From: a virus
Strand: one strand, 5' to 3'
Virus record (IMG/VR): IMGVR_UViG_3300026531_000001
Location: 1 to 64,000 of that record
DNA length: 64,000 nucleotides
Shown: piece after piece, positions 8,169-18,434 of the stretch
Layout of the letters: every line of letters starts with the position of its first letter
Position numbering within the stretch: position 1 is the stretch's first letter
Position numbers and translations under genes: made by a program
The notes under the pieces: model-generated
What the model was told of the DNA's origin: nothing
Databases searched by the model: none
What the model saw: only the letters and a program-made list of their open reading frames with translations

Positions 8169-10763
8169 GTGGAGAAGCGAGTAGAGGTCAACATCGAAGG
8201 GCGCGTACGCGTCACGTCCGATGAGCAGTCCATCGAGGAGGCCAAGCGGCGCGCGGCTGAGGTAGAAGCCGTGGCCGAGAGCGCCGGCGACGGGCTCGAC
8301 CAGACCGCCGAGAAAGCCCGCCAGGTCGCCCGTGAGATTGAGCGCGCCTTCGAGGATGCCGCCAAGGGTATGGGCGACCGCATGCGCAAGGCCCTCGAGG
8401 AGGCCGCAGGCGGAACGACCAGGCCGGGCGCGCTGGGTAAGGTTGACCTAAGTCAGACCAACCCCGCAACCTTGCTATCCCGCGTAGACCGGGGTCTAAT
8501 CACTACCAGCGCCTCTCTAGCCGGAGCCCGTACCTATTCGGAGCTCGAGCGCATCCAAGGGCGTCTCTCGACACTCAGCACCTATCTGGAAGCAGCAAAA
8601 CACGCCGGCGCACCAGACGAACGCATTGAGAGTTTGGAGGAGGCCCTGAAGGAGCTCACCGAGGCGGTGAGCGAACACAAGGAGGCGCTGGAGAAAGAGA
8701 GCGAAAGGGGCACCGAACAGGGGCCCCAGCCGCCAGAAGACCGCTCGGACGATAGTATATTGCGCCGGTTGCTGGAGCGCTTTGGCGGTGGCTCCCTAGC
8801 TCAAATGGGCATGTTGGGGAATGCTATGCGTTTCCTCGGGCCGTTTGGTTTGGCTATCGGCGCCGGGGTCATGGGTTTCCGCATGCTCGAGGGGACGCTG
8901 ACCCGAGCCAATCAAGAGGGTCGCAATGAAGTAGAAATCGCGGCTGACCTGGCTCGCCAGTACGAATACGACCGCAATCCGCTACTCCTATTCCGGCGCC
9001 AGAAGGACTTGCTCACCGACAGGGACTTGCTCCGCCTCGGGTACACCGCTCAGGACGCCGAGCGCTACGCGGCCATGCTCGACCTTCCCGGGGGTATGCG
9101 CGGCGACGTGCGCGCCCTCCTGCGGTTCTCGAGCACCACCGGAATCAGTGAAGACCAGGCGGCCCAGCTCATGCACCAGCTGGGTATGGGCGGCACCTGG
9201 GAACGCGGCAGCCTCTCGCAACCGCTCGAGACCTTCAAGCTAGCCATGGCCGAGGGTGTGCGGCTCGGGATCAGCAAGTCTGACACCATGCAGGGCCTCC
9301 TGCGGGTAACCCAGGAGAGCGCTGCCCGCGGTGTACAGTCCACCCAGGCCACGCTCGCCTTCAACGCCGCTCTGCAGCAGGCGCTCGCCCAGACCGGTAA
9401 CCGCCTCCTTCAGGGGCAGGCGGGCGCGCAGGCGCAGTCCGGGATCAAGTCCGCGCTAGCGGGCGAGGGTGACTTCGGGCTGCAAATGCTGGCCCTGAAC
9501 GCGCTGGGCGGGCAACTTCCCACCGCAGAAGAGCTGGGTTTGAGCGGCGACGTGGCGCGCGGCTACGAAGAAATGGCCCGGGCCAACCCCATGCAGGCGC
9601 TGCCGATCGCGTTAAGGTACATCACCGAGGGCCGCAACCCGCAACTACTCGAGCGGCTGGCGGGCGGCATGGAGGGCGCGTTTGGGAGCGGTCCCCAGGG
9701 TACCTCCCTGATGGTCGCTTGGCTCCAGCAGTATGGCTTGCAGGGCGAGCAGCTGCTCAGCATCATCGGCGGCGGCGGCGTTAGCGGGATCGTCGAAAGG
9801 GCCGGGAAGATCACCCCCGCCATGGCTGAGGGGCAAGACCTCATTGAGGACGTTCAGGGAGCCAACCGCGTCTATTGGCAAACCCGCCAGAACGACGCCA
9901 TGAAGCGCGAGGCGGGCCTGCGCAAGTCCCTAGCTGCGCTTGACCTTACCGGCGACCTCGAGACCGGTATGCGTTCGCTGGCAAACCGGTTTACCATCAA
10001 CACCGCCCTCTTCATGAGCGGCCTCGGGGGAAACGATCTTACCCAGGGCGGGAGCCTGCAAGGACCGGCGGGCGAGATTGACACCGGGGCCTATATCCCG
10101 GGTATGGGACCGAAGCCGACGGCGCAGATGGGCATGGGATCGCTAACACCCGACGGCCGTATCGCCGTGACACTGCCCCCGGGAGCCGAGTACGACCGGG
10201 CCACGCTCGAAGCGTTGCGCGCCAAGGGCGTGGACACCTCCAAGCTGGGGCGGCACCTGGGGTACGACTTCGCCATTGGCGACCGCGGCAAGGGCGGCGA
10301 CCCCATCACCAACCCCTTCGCCCGAGCCACCGTAGCCAAGGTTGGCTATGACCCCGACGGGTACGGGAACTACGTCGTCCTCGACCTCGGCGGCGGGGTC
10401 CAGGCGCGCTTCGCTCACCTGCAAGAAACAAAACTTAAGGCCGGTCAGAAGTTGCATACCGGCGACCTGATCGGCCTCGAGGGGCAGACCGGCGCCGCAA
10501 CCGGCCCCCATCTGCATATGGAGATGATCAAGAACGGTCGCCCCATTCAGGACGCGCTCGATTGGCAAAAACTCTTCGAGCGGTACCTGGGGCGGCCGCA
10601 GGGCGATGCCGGGACCCAGCAGCCGCAAAAGGTGGTGGTGGAGGTGCAGGGCCTCGACAACATCCGCGTAGAGGGCGTGAGCGGCCCGCAGGCCGACCGC
10701 ATCCGCCAGGGCCTCGAGATGATCCTGGGTGCGGCGGTGCCGCAGAACCACCGGGGGGCGTAG
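8169..10763 (+). CDS. Tape measure protein with C-terminal M23 peptidase
   Basis: Ala/Gly-rich helical body; HLGYDF, GYGNYVV, FAHL and GQTGAATGPHLH motifs. Confidence 0.88.
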   Translation: MEKRVEVNIEGRVRVTSDEQSIEEAKRRAAEVEAVAESAGDGLDQTAEKARQVAREIERAFEDAAKGMGDRMRKALEEAAGGTTRPGALGKVDLSQTNPATLLSRVDRGLITTSASLAGARTYSELERIQGRLSTLSTYLEAAKHAGAPDERIESLEEALKELTEAVSEHKEALEKESERGTEQGPQPPEDRSDDSILRRLLERFGGGSLAQMGMLGNAMRFLGPFGLAIGAGVMGFRMLEGTLTRANQEGRNEVEIAADLARQYEYDRNPLLLFRRQKDLLTDRDLLRLGYTAQDAERYAAMLDLPGGMRGDVRALLRFSSTTGISEDQAAQLMHQLGMGGTWERGSLSQPLETFKLAMAEGVRLGISKSDTMQGLLRVTQESAARGVQSTQATLAFNAALQQALAQTGNRLLQGQAGAQAQSGIKSALAGEGDFGLQMLALNALGGQLPTAEELGLSGDVARGYEEMARANPMQALPIALRYITEGRNPQLLERLAGGMEGAFGSGPQGTSLMVAWLQQYGLQGEQLLSIIGGGGVSGIVERAGKITPAMAEGQDLIEDVQGANRVYWQTRQNDAMKREAGLRKSLAALDLTGDLETGMRSLANRFTINTALFMSGLGGNDLTQGGSLQGPAGEIDTGAYIPGMGPKPTAQMGMGSLTPDGRIAVTLPPGAEYDRATLEALRAKGVDTSKLGRHLGYDFAIGDRGKGGDPITNPFARATVAKVGYDPDGYGNYVVLDLGGGVQARFAHLQETKLKAGQKLHTGDLIGLEGQTGAATGPHLHMEMIKNGRPIQDALDWQKLFERYLGRPQGDAGTQQPQKVVVEVQGLDNIRVEGVSGPQADRIRQGLEMILGAAVPQNHRGA

Positions 10764-10766
10764 CGC

Positions 10767-12170
10767 ATGGTCTCCGACGTACGCGTGCGGGTGCTCACCG
10801 ACGACGGCGAGCTCGAGCTCACCGACCACGTGCTCGGGCTCCAGGTCTCGGACGGGCTCGGGCAGGAAGCTCTACCGCAGGGCAATGTGACCCTACCCCG
10901 CTACCGCAGCCTCGACGCTAACACCCGGCATCCATACGCCGACCTAATCCGGGTCGGCGACCTGGTGACGGTGGAGGCGTACGCCTGGACCGGCACCCGC
11001 GGAGGCTGGGAGACGCTGCTCCATGGCCCCGTGACCGCTGTGGCCATTACCGAGGCGGTCAACGACGGCCTGCAGGCCACGGTGCAGCTCTCGGTCGCGT
11101 CCATGGCCCACATCCTGGCACAGGACGCGATCCGACAGTGGATGTACCTCGGCTCGGTGGAGGGCTGGAACCTGGTGCAAAGCAAGCTCACCACCGCCGA
11201 GATGAGCGGCACGCCGGCGGAGGTGGCCTTCCGTTACCTGACCCGCGTGGCGTTTCACCACGCCATGTACCGCTACCAGGGATTGGGGCTGGCCGACCTC
11301 ATGCACCTCGATTTCGACGGGCTCGAGGCCGTCGGGCCCCTGTTCACCGAGCTGGTGGCGGCAGAAGGCACCCACCTCGAGATCATCAGCCGGTTGCTCG
11401 ACTACCCCTTCCACGAGCTCTACGTCACCTCCATGCAGGAAGGCGACATTACCGGTCGCTGGCGCCACCTGGCCGCGAACGCCCCGGGACGGAACAACGG
11501 CGCCACCGCTGTGCGCTGGCGCGCGGCACCATATCCCTACGCCGACCGCAGCGGCCGTGGGGTGCTGAGCGCGTGGGAGGCCCTGCCCCTGCATACGCTC
11601 GAGCAGGATCTGCACTTGGTGCGCGGCCAAAGCCGGGCCCGCACCGACACCGCCGTGCGCAACTTCTTCATGGCCTACCCCGCCCTTTCGTTTACCGACG
11701 ATGAGTTCCTTTTTGGCCTTGGGGCCGTGATCGCGCACCGCGCCTCGATCCAGCGCTACGGCTACCGGCCGATGAACATCCGCACCCACCTCGTGCACAA
11801 CGACGGGCAGGACCGCGAAGGTGTAGCCGACTTCATGTTCGAGCTGACCTACCGCCTAGCCGGACAGTGGAACCGGCTGCATGAGATGATGAGCGGCACG
11901 CTGCAGGTGCCCTTCTACCCATGGATACGCCCCGGGGAACGGGTGCGCGCGCCGAGTCTGTGGGACGCTGAGGAGCTAGCCGAGTACCACGTACGCGGGC
12001 GCACGCTCTCCTGGCAACCCGAAAGCGGCGGCAGTATGACGCTGGCCGTCGAGCGCGGTCTGCCAGTACGGGTCTATGAAGACCCCGACTGGTTCGTGGC
12101 GGGGCTCGAGCGGGTGCGGGTGGGCAGCGACATATACGCCCGACCCTTCGCTTGGCGCGACGGGCGGTAG
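10767..12170 (+). CDS. Baseplate hub-like protein
   Basis: Position; RYGYRP, GTLQV and IRPGERV motifs. Confidence 0.7.
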   Translation: MVSDVRVRVLTDDGELELTDHVLGLQVSDGLGQEALPQGNVTLPRYRSLDANTRHPYADLIRVGDLVTVEAYAWTGTRGGWETLLHGPVTAVAITEAVNDGLQATVQLSVASMAHILAQDAIRQWMYLGSVEGWNLVQSKLTTAEMSGTPAEVAFRYLTRVAFHHAMYRYQGLGLADLMHLDFDGLEAVGPLFTELVAAEGTHLEIISRLLDYPFHELYVTSMQEGDITGRWRHLAANAPGRNNGATAVRWRAAPYPYADRSGRGVLSAWEALPLHTLEQDLHLVRGQSRARTDTAVRNFFMAYPALSFTDDEFLFGLGAVIAHRASIQRYGYRPMNIRTHLVHNDGQDREGVADFMFELTYRLAGQWNRLHEMMSGTLQVPFYPWIRPGERVRAPSLWDAEELAEYHVRGRTLSWQPESGGSMTLAVERGLPVRVYEDPDWFVAGLERVRVGSDIYARPFAWRDGR

Positions 12171-12179
12171 ACTGAGTGC

Positions 12180-12632
12180 ATGAAACGCTTCCTTGCCGGA
12201 TTGCTGCTGCTCATGGCCTTTGCCGTGCTCGCGCAGCAGGGCCGCCCTGGGTCTCCCCTACTTGGCGTTGAGTGGGCGCGCCCGGCCGACCCCATCTTGC
12301 CCATGAATGAGGACATGCACGCGGCGGCCATGACCCACTTCGCCAACATGATCCGCGATCTCTTCGAGACGGAGTGCGCCGCGCAGGAGGAGTACACATG
12401 GGCCGAACCCAACCTGGACCGGCAGCTTGAGATCGTCGCCGAGATCAAAGAGGCCATGATCGCCGCCGGATGGACCGCGCCCGGGCCCATGATAGACACC
12501 TCCCCCTACTACGTTCCGCCTACGGGTTCCGCCCGCCTGCGGCTCTTCAAACGTGGCGGCGAACAGGCGTTGCTCAACGTAGCTGTGTACCTCTACCAGG
12601 GCGTCATGCTCGACATCTGCCTGCTCCCCTGA
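12180..12632 (+). CDS. Secreted/periplasmic hypothetical protein
   Basis: Signal peptide MKRFLAGLLLLMAFAVLA. Confidence 0.65.
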   Translation: MKRFLAGLLLLMAFAVLAQQGRPGSPLLGVEWARPADPILPMNEDMHAAAMTHFANMIRDLFETECAAQEEYTWAEPNLDRQLEIVAEIKEAMIAAGWTAPGPMIDTSPYYVPPTGSARLRLFKRGGEQALLNVAVYLYQGVMLDICLLP

Positions 12633-12659
12633 GACTGTCCTTGCCCCTACCGTAGGGGC

Positions 12660-13730
12660 ATGATCAAGGGCATCCAGCTCGCGCAGGTTGTGGACACGCA
12701 CCCTAATGAATATGCGGTTTCCGTGTACTTCCCGCACATGGTCGCCCTGGCCGGTCGCGGCATCCGGGTCCGCGTCGCCGGGGCGCTCTTCCACCCGGAG
12801 GGGGGCGCGTTCGAGCTGCCCCAGCCAGGCGACTGGGGCTTGGTAGCCTTCTACACCGAGGATGAACGCGCGGGCATCTGGATTACCGGCATCCCCGACC
12901 GTGGCTGGAACTCCGTCCCCCAGGAGCTGCTGCAGCGCGACCCCGGGGCGCGGCTCGAGCAACACGCCTCGGGGCGCTACACGATCACCGAGGGCGACGG
13001 CTCGAGCGAAACCGTGTGGCCAGACGGCACATCACTGCAGGTCCTAGCCAAGAAGGACGGTCAGATCGGCAACCCAAGCTGGCTCGGGCGTTTGTGGGAC
13101 CGCTTCGTCACCCGGCGCCGCAAGCGCGCCTGGAACCCACCGGAGCGCGAAGCCTGGACCCCTAAGCCCCAACCCCCGGTGGACCTGTACCTCAAGCACT
13201 CGAGCGGGGCCGAGCTGCACCTGAGCGCCGACGGCAGCCTGCGGGTGCGTACCGCCGGCGGGCATGTGCTCGAGCTCGACGACGACACCGACGCCGCCCG
13301 CGACCCGGAAACGGGCGACATAACCGCCCAGGAAGACGGGACCCGCGCCGCCGTGCGTGTGACGACGGCCGGCGGCCACGCCCTCACTCTCTACGACGGG
13401 GACGGTACCGACGCCTACGCCGAGCTGGCCACCGACGGCGGCCACAAGCTGGTGCTCGACGACGGCGGCAAGAAGATCACGGCTGAGACCCCCGGGGGGC
13501 GGACCCTCGAGCTCGACGACCAGGGCGGGGCCACCACCGTACGTGATCCTGCAAAGGTCATCGTGGACGCTCCCGCGGTGGAGCTCGCCGGCGAAGGCGG
13601 GGCGGCCGTGGCCCGGGTGGGCGACCCCGTACAGGTCACAGTCAGTGTGCCCTGCTCGAGCGGTGGCACCTGCACTGGTACGGCCACCGGTCAGATCACC
13701 GGTGGATCGGCCAAGGTCAAGGCCCAGTAG
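12660..13730 (+). CDS. Baseplate central spike (gpV/gp5-like)
   Basis: LPQPGDWGLVAF OB-fold; repeated T.GGH.L.LDD beta-helix units; VARVGD...ITGGSAKV tip. Confidence 0.85.
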   Translation: MIKGIQLAQVVDTHPNEYAVSVYFPHMVALAGRGIRVRVAGALFHPEGGAFELPQPGDWGLVAFYTEDERAGIWITGIPDRGWNSVPQELLQRDPGARLEQHASGRYTITEGDGSSETVWPDGTSLQVLAKKDGQIGNPSWLGRLWDRFVTRRRKRAWNPPEREAWTPKPQPPVDLYLKHSSGAELHLSADGSLRVRTAGGHVLELDDDTDAARDPETGDITAQEDGTRAAVRVTTAGGHALTLYDGDGTDAYAELATDGGHKLVLDDGGKKITAETPGGRTLELDDQGGATTVRDPAKVIVDAPAVELAGEGGAAVARVGDPVQVTVSVPCSSGGTCTGTATGQITGGSAKVKAQ

Positions 13731-13764
13731 ACCCACCCACCGCCCGGGAACCTAGGGTGCAGAC

Positions 13765-14391
13765 ATGGCGCACCCGACCCAAACCCATCGCCAGCGGCTA
13801 CGGGAAGCTGCCTACGTGCTGCGCATCCGCGAGGACGGCGCCGCGCACCCGGTACCCGGACACCCCATCGCCGGGCGCGACGGAGTGTTTCCCCTTCCCA
13901 TCCCGCCGCAGTCCGTACGGGTCAACCAGCCCAGCCGCATCGGGGTCATGGACACCCGCTACGGGGCCCTGGCGGATGAGCAGGGCGCGGGGCCGCCGCA
14001 GTGGGAAATCGAGGGGCAGTTCCTGCTCACCCCCCGCAGCGTTGGAGGCGTGGTGCTGGACGCCTATGGGTTGCAGCGAGCGCTCGAGGACTACATCGGC
14101 TACTACCTCGAGGCCAACCGCGACCGGGCCCGGGAACAGCGCCCCCTGCTCACCCTCGAATGGCACGACACCTATCAGGGCCTGAGCTGGGAAGTGGTAC
14201 CGCTCGCCGTCCCCCGCGGGCAGCGGTCGAACGCTGCGCCGCTTGCCGAACGCTGGACGCTCAAGCTCCGGGGCCTGCGTCCCGTAGGCCCCCCGCCGAA
14301 ACCCGCCGACCCCGTTTCAAGCGGCCTCGAGGTCAACCCCGAACGCGTGATAAGTGACTTTTGTGCCGCACAGGAGGTAGCCGGTGGCTAA
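13765..14391 (+). CDS. Putative baseplate/tube initiator protein
   Basis: FPLPIPPQS motif; position. Confidence 0.5.
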   Translation: MAHPTQTHRQRLREAAYVLRIREDGAAHPVPGHPIAGRDGVFPLPIPPQSVRVNQPSRIGVMDTRYGALADEQGAGPPQWEIEGQFLLTPRSVGGVVLDAYGLQRALEDYIGYYLEANRDRAREQRPLLTLEWHDTYQGLSWEVVPLAVPRGQRSNAAPLAERWTLKLRGLRPVGPPPKPADPVSSGLEVNPERVISDFCAAQEVAGG

Positions 14392-15004
14392 GTGCAACCT
14401 GTGCCCCGCTTCTACTTCGCCCGAAACCGCCCAGATGGTGGAAGCCGCGGTTACGCCGCAGGTTGCGGCGCGCATGCGAGCGCGTGCAGCCATCAGCTTG
14501 CGCACCGATCGAAGCGGACGCGTGCGCGCAACCGGCTCAGTCAAGATCGAGGCGGCCAGCCAGCTAATAGAACGCGCCGCCGTGAATGTGACGAACACCG
14601 ATGCCCGGAACATCCTCAGCGGCGTAGCCGCAGTCATGGCTACCGCCAGTATCCGCCTGCGTGACGGCCAGCCCCCGGAGCTCGTGCTCGGGGCCGGCGC
14701 CGGGCTCACGCTGGGCACCTGGGATACCGCCCTCGCCGTTTCCGCGCTCACCAGCGCCCGCAACGAGATCGCCGTGAATGCTTCGCTGCGGGCGAGCTAT
14801 CGGCTCGTGGACAAGCTGCTCGAGCTCACCGTACGCGCCAATGAACGCGGTCTGAGTTGGGGCCTGGGCGTTGAGCTGCCCTTCCTGCAATATGTGACCT
14901 TTCGCGGCCTCTACCGCTGGCAGGCGGGGGGCAACGTCCGCACCGAGCTCACCCTGGGCTGGGCTTGGCGTCAGCAAATCCGCCTTGGAGGGAATAGCCA
15001 GTGA
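14384..15004 (+). CDS. Hypothetical baseplate-region protein
   Basis: Coupled ORF with GGAGG RBS. Confidence 0.45.
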   Translation: MAKCNLCPASTSPETAQMVEAAVTPQVAARMRARAAISLRTDRSGRVRATGSVKIEAASQLIERAAVNVTNTDARNILSGVAAVMATASIRLRDGQPPELVLGAGAGLTLGTWDTALAVSALTSARNEIAVNASLRASYRLVDKLLELTVRANERGLSWGLGVELPFLQYVTFRGLYRWQAGGNVRTELTLGWAWRQQIRLGGNSQ

Positions 15005-15381
15005 CTGACACGCGCGACCTCGGATGGAGCAGCAAGACGCTCGAGCTAATCATGGAGGGCACCGCCCCGGCTATGGAAGGCGGCCACCAGCAGCTTGCCA
15101 AAGCCCTCTACCGGCGCCTTGTCACCTACCCCGGCGAGCTACCGGCCCACCCCACCTATGGCAGCCGCCTGCGGGACTATGTGGGCGAGGTGGCCAGCGA
15201 ATGGCGCGCGCGTCTGGCGGCGCTCGAAGCTAAGGTAGCCCTGGAAGCCGATCCGCGGGTGCGCGCCGTAACCGCGAGCACCGCCAAGTACCGCGCCGAC
15301 GGCGCGCTCGAGATCGCAGTCACCGTTGAACCCGTGGACGCTGAACCCTTGAGCATGACGATCATTGTGGAAGGACCCTGA
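15001..15381 (+). CDS. Baseplate wedge gp25/GPW-like protein
   Basis: RRLVTYPGELPAHPTYGSRL...DPRV. Confidence 0.85.
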   Translation: MTDTRDLGWSSKTLELIMEGTAPAMEGGHQQLAKALYRRLVTYPGELPAHPTYGSRLRDYVGEVASEWRARLAALEAKVALEADPRVRAVTASTAKYRADGALEIAVTVEPVDAEPLSMTIIVEGP

Positions 15382-16442
15382 TGCCGAACGCGACCTATAC
15401 CCCCCTGGAAGACGCCACGCTGGAGATGCTACGGTGGTTTTTCTATCGCACTGGTATTCCACCCAGCGCAGCGGACGGCGACATACTACGTACCATTTTC
15501 GAGGCCGTCGGGTTCGAGATCGAGGATGTGACCAGCCGCTTCGATGAGCAGCTCGAGCTGGCTGTGCCCGAAGCTGCGTTCCGGGCGTTCGGCCTGCCCC
15601 GGGAGACCTCAGTAGCCGCTGTGGTCACGTTGCGCTTCTCGCGCTCAAGCGCCGCCCCCGAGAGCTACCTGATCCCGGCCGGCACCCGCGCGCAGACCCC
15701 CAGCGGCGTACGCTTCGCAACTACCCAGGACACCAGCATTGCGCCAGGTGACACCTTCACCGACGTGCCCGCCCAGGCGGTCGAACCCGGATCGGCGGGG
15801 AATGTGCCGGCCGGCAGCGTGACCGAGCTCGTAGATCTGATCCCCGGCGTGGAAGCCGTCACGAACCCCCAGCCCGCTGTCGGGGGACGCGACCAGGAGG
15901 CCTTGGAGGACCAGCTCGAGCGCTTCGCCCGTTTCTTCGCCAGCTTGCAGAAGGGAACGCTGCAATCCCTCGAGGCCGCCGCGCTCGAGGCCACCAGTCC
16001 CACCGGCGAACGCATTACCCAGGTCCTTGCACGCGACATTACCCGTGATCCTGCTCTACCCCCAGCCGTGGTCGTGCTCTATGTGGACAACGGCTCGGGT
16101 AGCGTGACCCCGGAGATGGTGGCCTACCTGCAGACCGCTCTCGACGCCGGCCGGCCCGCCGGGGTATCTCTCGAGGTCGTCGCTGCAGCCCCGCACTATG
16201 TGGACATTCGCTTCCAGGTGGACGGCAGCGATGAGGCCCTAGCCGCTTGCTATGAGGCCGCGCGCCAGTACGTGCGGGGCCTGCAGATCGGCGAGAAGGT
16301 CAGCCGCGAGAACCTGATCACCGCTCTCACCAATGCCGACCCCGGCGTGCGTGAGATCACCCTGCTCGAGCCCGCCGCAGACGTAATGCTCTCCCCTACG
16401 GAGCGTGCTGTCATAGGTGCCCTGGACGGCACCACAATATAA
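15381..16442 (+). CDS. Baseplate J-like protein
   Basis: IPAGT, F.TT, A.EPG.AGN and VTNP..A.GG.D.E motifs. Confidence 0.9.
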   Translation: MPNATYTPLEDATLEMLRWFFYRTGIPPSAADGDILRTIFEAVGFEIEDVTSRFDEQLELAVPEAAFRAFGLPRETSVAAVVTLRFSRSSAAPESYLIPAGTRAQTPSGVRFATTQDTSIAPGDTFTDVPAQAVEPGSAGNVPAGSVTELVDLIPGVEAVTNPQPAVGGRDQEALEDQLERFARFFASLQKGTLQSLEAAALEATSPTGERITQVLARDITRDPALPPAVVVLYVDNGSGSVTPEMVAYLQTALDAGRPAGVSLEVVAAAPHYVDIRFQVDGSDEALAACYEAARQYVRGLQIGEKVSRENLITALTNADPGVREITLLEPAADVMLSPTERAVIGALDGTTI

Positions 16443-16451
16443 GGAGCAACC

Positions 16452-18425
16452 ATGCCGCAATCGTCTAAGTACGTACCCGCGCCGTTCAAGAAAACCGCCG
16501 GCGATCCGTATGGTGATCCCGAAGAGGTTTTCGCTAGCCGCCTAATGGAAGTGGCCGCTGCCGTCGGTTTGCAAAACGCCTTCTACCCCAGCGACACCGA
16601 CGTGGACAATGGCAGTCCCAACCTGCTCGACCACCCCGACCACACATTCTTCATGACCGGCCCGAAGGGGAAAGTGGTAACGGTCTTCAATCGTAGCAGC
16701 GGCGTAGACCCAACCCCCGGAGCGCCCAACAACTGGCTTCCTCAGCGCATATACAGCTCTTATATCTTCGGTGAAAACTACGGCGCAACGGATGACCTGC
16801 CGAGCGAACCGGCACCGCCAGCATGGTACAAGGGCGGTTCGGTGGACCTTTGGAACTCCAGCAATAATAACTATCTGCTGTGGGACTTTAGCCTAGAGCC
16901 AAACACTACGTACACATTCAGCTTCTACTACAAGAAGCTCGGCGACGACGACTGGACCGCTAACCTGGATGCTGGTTCTGGCACCAGCGGCTCGAGCGCC
17001 TATGACCTGTACCAGGATGCCGACGGCTTGCCAGCCGCGCTGGGCACCTGGGCGCGCAAGGTCATTACATTCACGACTACCAGTAGCGGGGTGGTGCACA
17101 TCTACCTGGGCGGGCGCGGATCGTGGGACGGCTCAGAACACCAGCGTGGTCTACGCGTCGCATTCCCCCAGCTGGAGCAGGGAGACAGCGCTACGGCGTG
17201 GCGGCCGCCGCGGTTCTGGGTATATCACGAGCTACCCGCCCCCATAACGATTGACGAAACGATAGACCCGAACACCAACTACGCGTCATTGCTAACCGTA
17301 GCGCTGCCGGGTAGCGCCGTGGCATTCAAGCTCGACGCGCGTCCCAACTGGACCGATGTGTCCATCTCTCCCCGGTCACGCCGCACCTGGCAAGGTCCGG
17401 TTGCCCCCAATACATCAGACACGACGACGATGGAGCCCAGCTATGACGTTGGTGGGGCCTCTCACCCTATGCTCGCCATGGTGGAACCGCGTCCTAACCC
17501 CGGGCTGGGGCTGCAGTTCTATTCCGTGGTGCGTTATGGATCGGACACCCCACGCACGCGCGTTGAGATACGCGGCGTCTGGGTCAAGCACAAACAGATA
17601 GGCGGCCTCCTAAAGGCCGACTCGAGCGCCACCTCCGGAGCGGGGCACACCAAAACGGTCGCGTGGCGGGTTACGGACCTCGGCAACCACCAATTCCGGG
17701 CGGTGTTCGCAACTACGAACCTCGGCCCATACGCTGAGCACACTCACGCCGTAGATGTCTACTGGCACAGCGCCGCCAATGAGCTGATATACGACAACTC
17801 GCAAAACTCGACCTCCAACCAGTCCGACGTGCGGCCGCATACCTCTATCGGAGTTCTCAGCTTGGACCTCCACCAGGATGAGGATCTCTTCATTGATGCA
17901 ATCGGCAATGCGCAGGGTCTCGCCCTGGCCTTCTACCAAGCCGGCGCATACAAGGTGCCTCTCGTCCTGGCCGACTTCCTCGACCCCCCGGCGCCGGGTG
18001 ACGACGGCAGCGTATGGGCGCGGTGGGGCATGCTAACACCGCACAACCGTGTGGGATACAAAATCGCGGCAGCCGGCCCACTGGCCCGTTCATACCAGAT
18101 CGCGGCCGGGCGCAATTTTCATACTCCCACCGGGTGGAACCACTCATATGCCACCGGGGAAGCGCCTATACCATACTTCGAGTTCACGCTCGGGGTCAGG
18201 GTCATGGATCGCTTGCACCTGTTTGAACCATACGTCGCTCGCTCCGACTCCGTTGCCTCTAACCGAGGGCGCCTAGCCAATATCCGCGTCGCTCGAGGTG
18301 ACGCCTTCAACGCCAACCTTGGCGACAGCTGGCTAGCTCAGGACGGCAGTCGCTATGTGTTCATCTGGAAAGAAGCGATGTTCTACGGCGAGTCGGATGA
18401 GCATTTGCTGTTCATCAAGCCATAG
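16452..18425 (+). CDS. Virion adsorption protein with carbohydrate-binding-like jelly-roll
   Basis: LEPNTTYTFSFY...W.R...TFTT...PQLEQGDSATAWRP. Confidence 0.6.
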   Translation: MPQSSKYVPAPFKKTAGDPYGDPEEVFASRLMEVAAAVGLQNAFYPSDTDVDNGSPNLLDHPDHTFFMTGPKGKVVTVFNRSSGVDPTPGAPNNWLPQRIYSSYIFGENYGATDDLPSEPAPPAWYKGGSVDLWNSSNNNYLLWDFSLEPNTTYTFSFYYKKLGDDDWTANLDAGSGTSGSSAYDLYQDADGLPAALGTWARKVITFTTTSSGVVHIYLGGRGSWDGSEHQRGLRVAFPQLEQGDSATAWRPPRFWVYHELPAPITIDETIDPNTNYASLLTVALPGSAVAFKLDARPNWTDVSISPRSRRTWQGPVAPNTSDTTTMEPSYDVGGASHPMLAMVEPRPNPGLGLQFYSVVRYGSDTPRTRVEIRGVWVKHKQIGGLLKADSSATSGAGHTKTVAWRVTDLGNHQFRAVFATTNLGPYAEHTHAVDVYWHSAANELIYDNSQNSTSNQSDVRPHTSIGVLSLDLHQDEDLFIDAIGNAQGLALAFYQAGAYKVPLVLADFLDPPAPGDDGSVWARWGMLTPHNRVGYKIAAAGPLARSYQIAAGRNFHTPTGWNHSYATGEAPIPYFEFTLGVRVMDRLHLFEPYVARSDSVASNRGRLANIRVARGDAFNANLGDSWLAQDGSRYVFIWKEAMFYGESDEHLLFIKP

Positions 18426-18434
18426 GAGGCACGC

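Noticed and set aside
5243-16442. Stand-alone tailocin/eCIS
   Set aside because: Portal, terminase, MuF and replication genes are present in the same element
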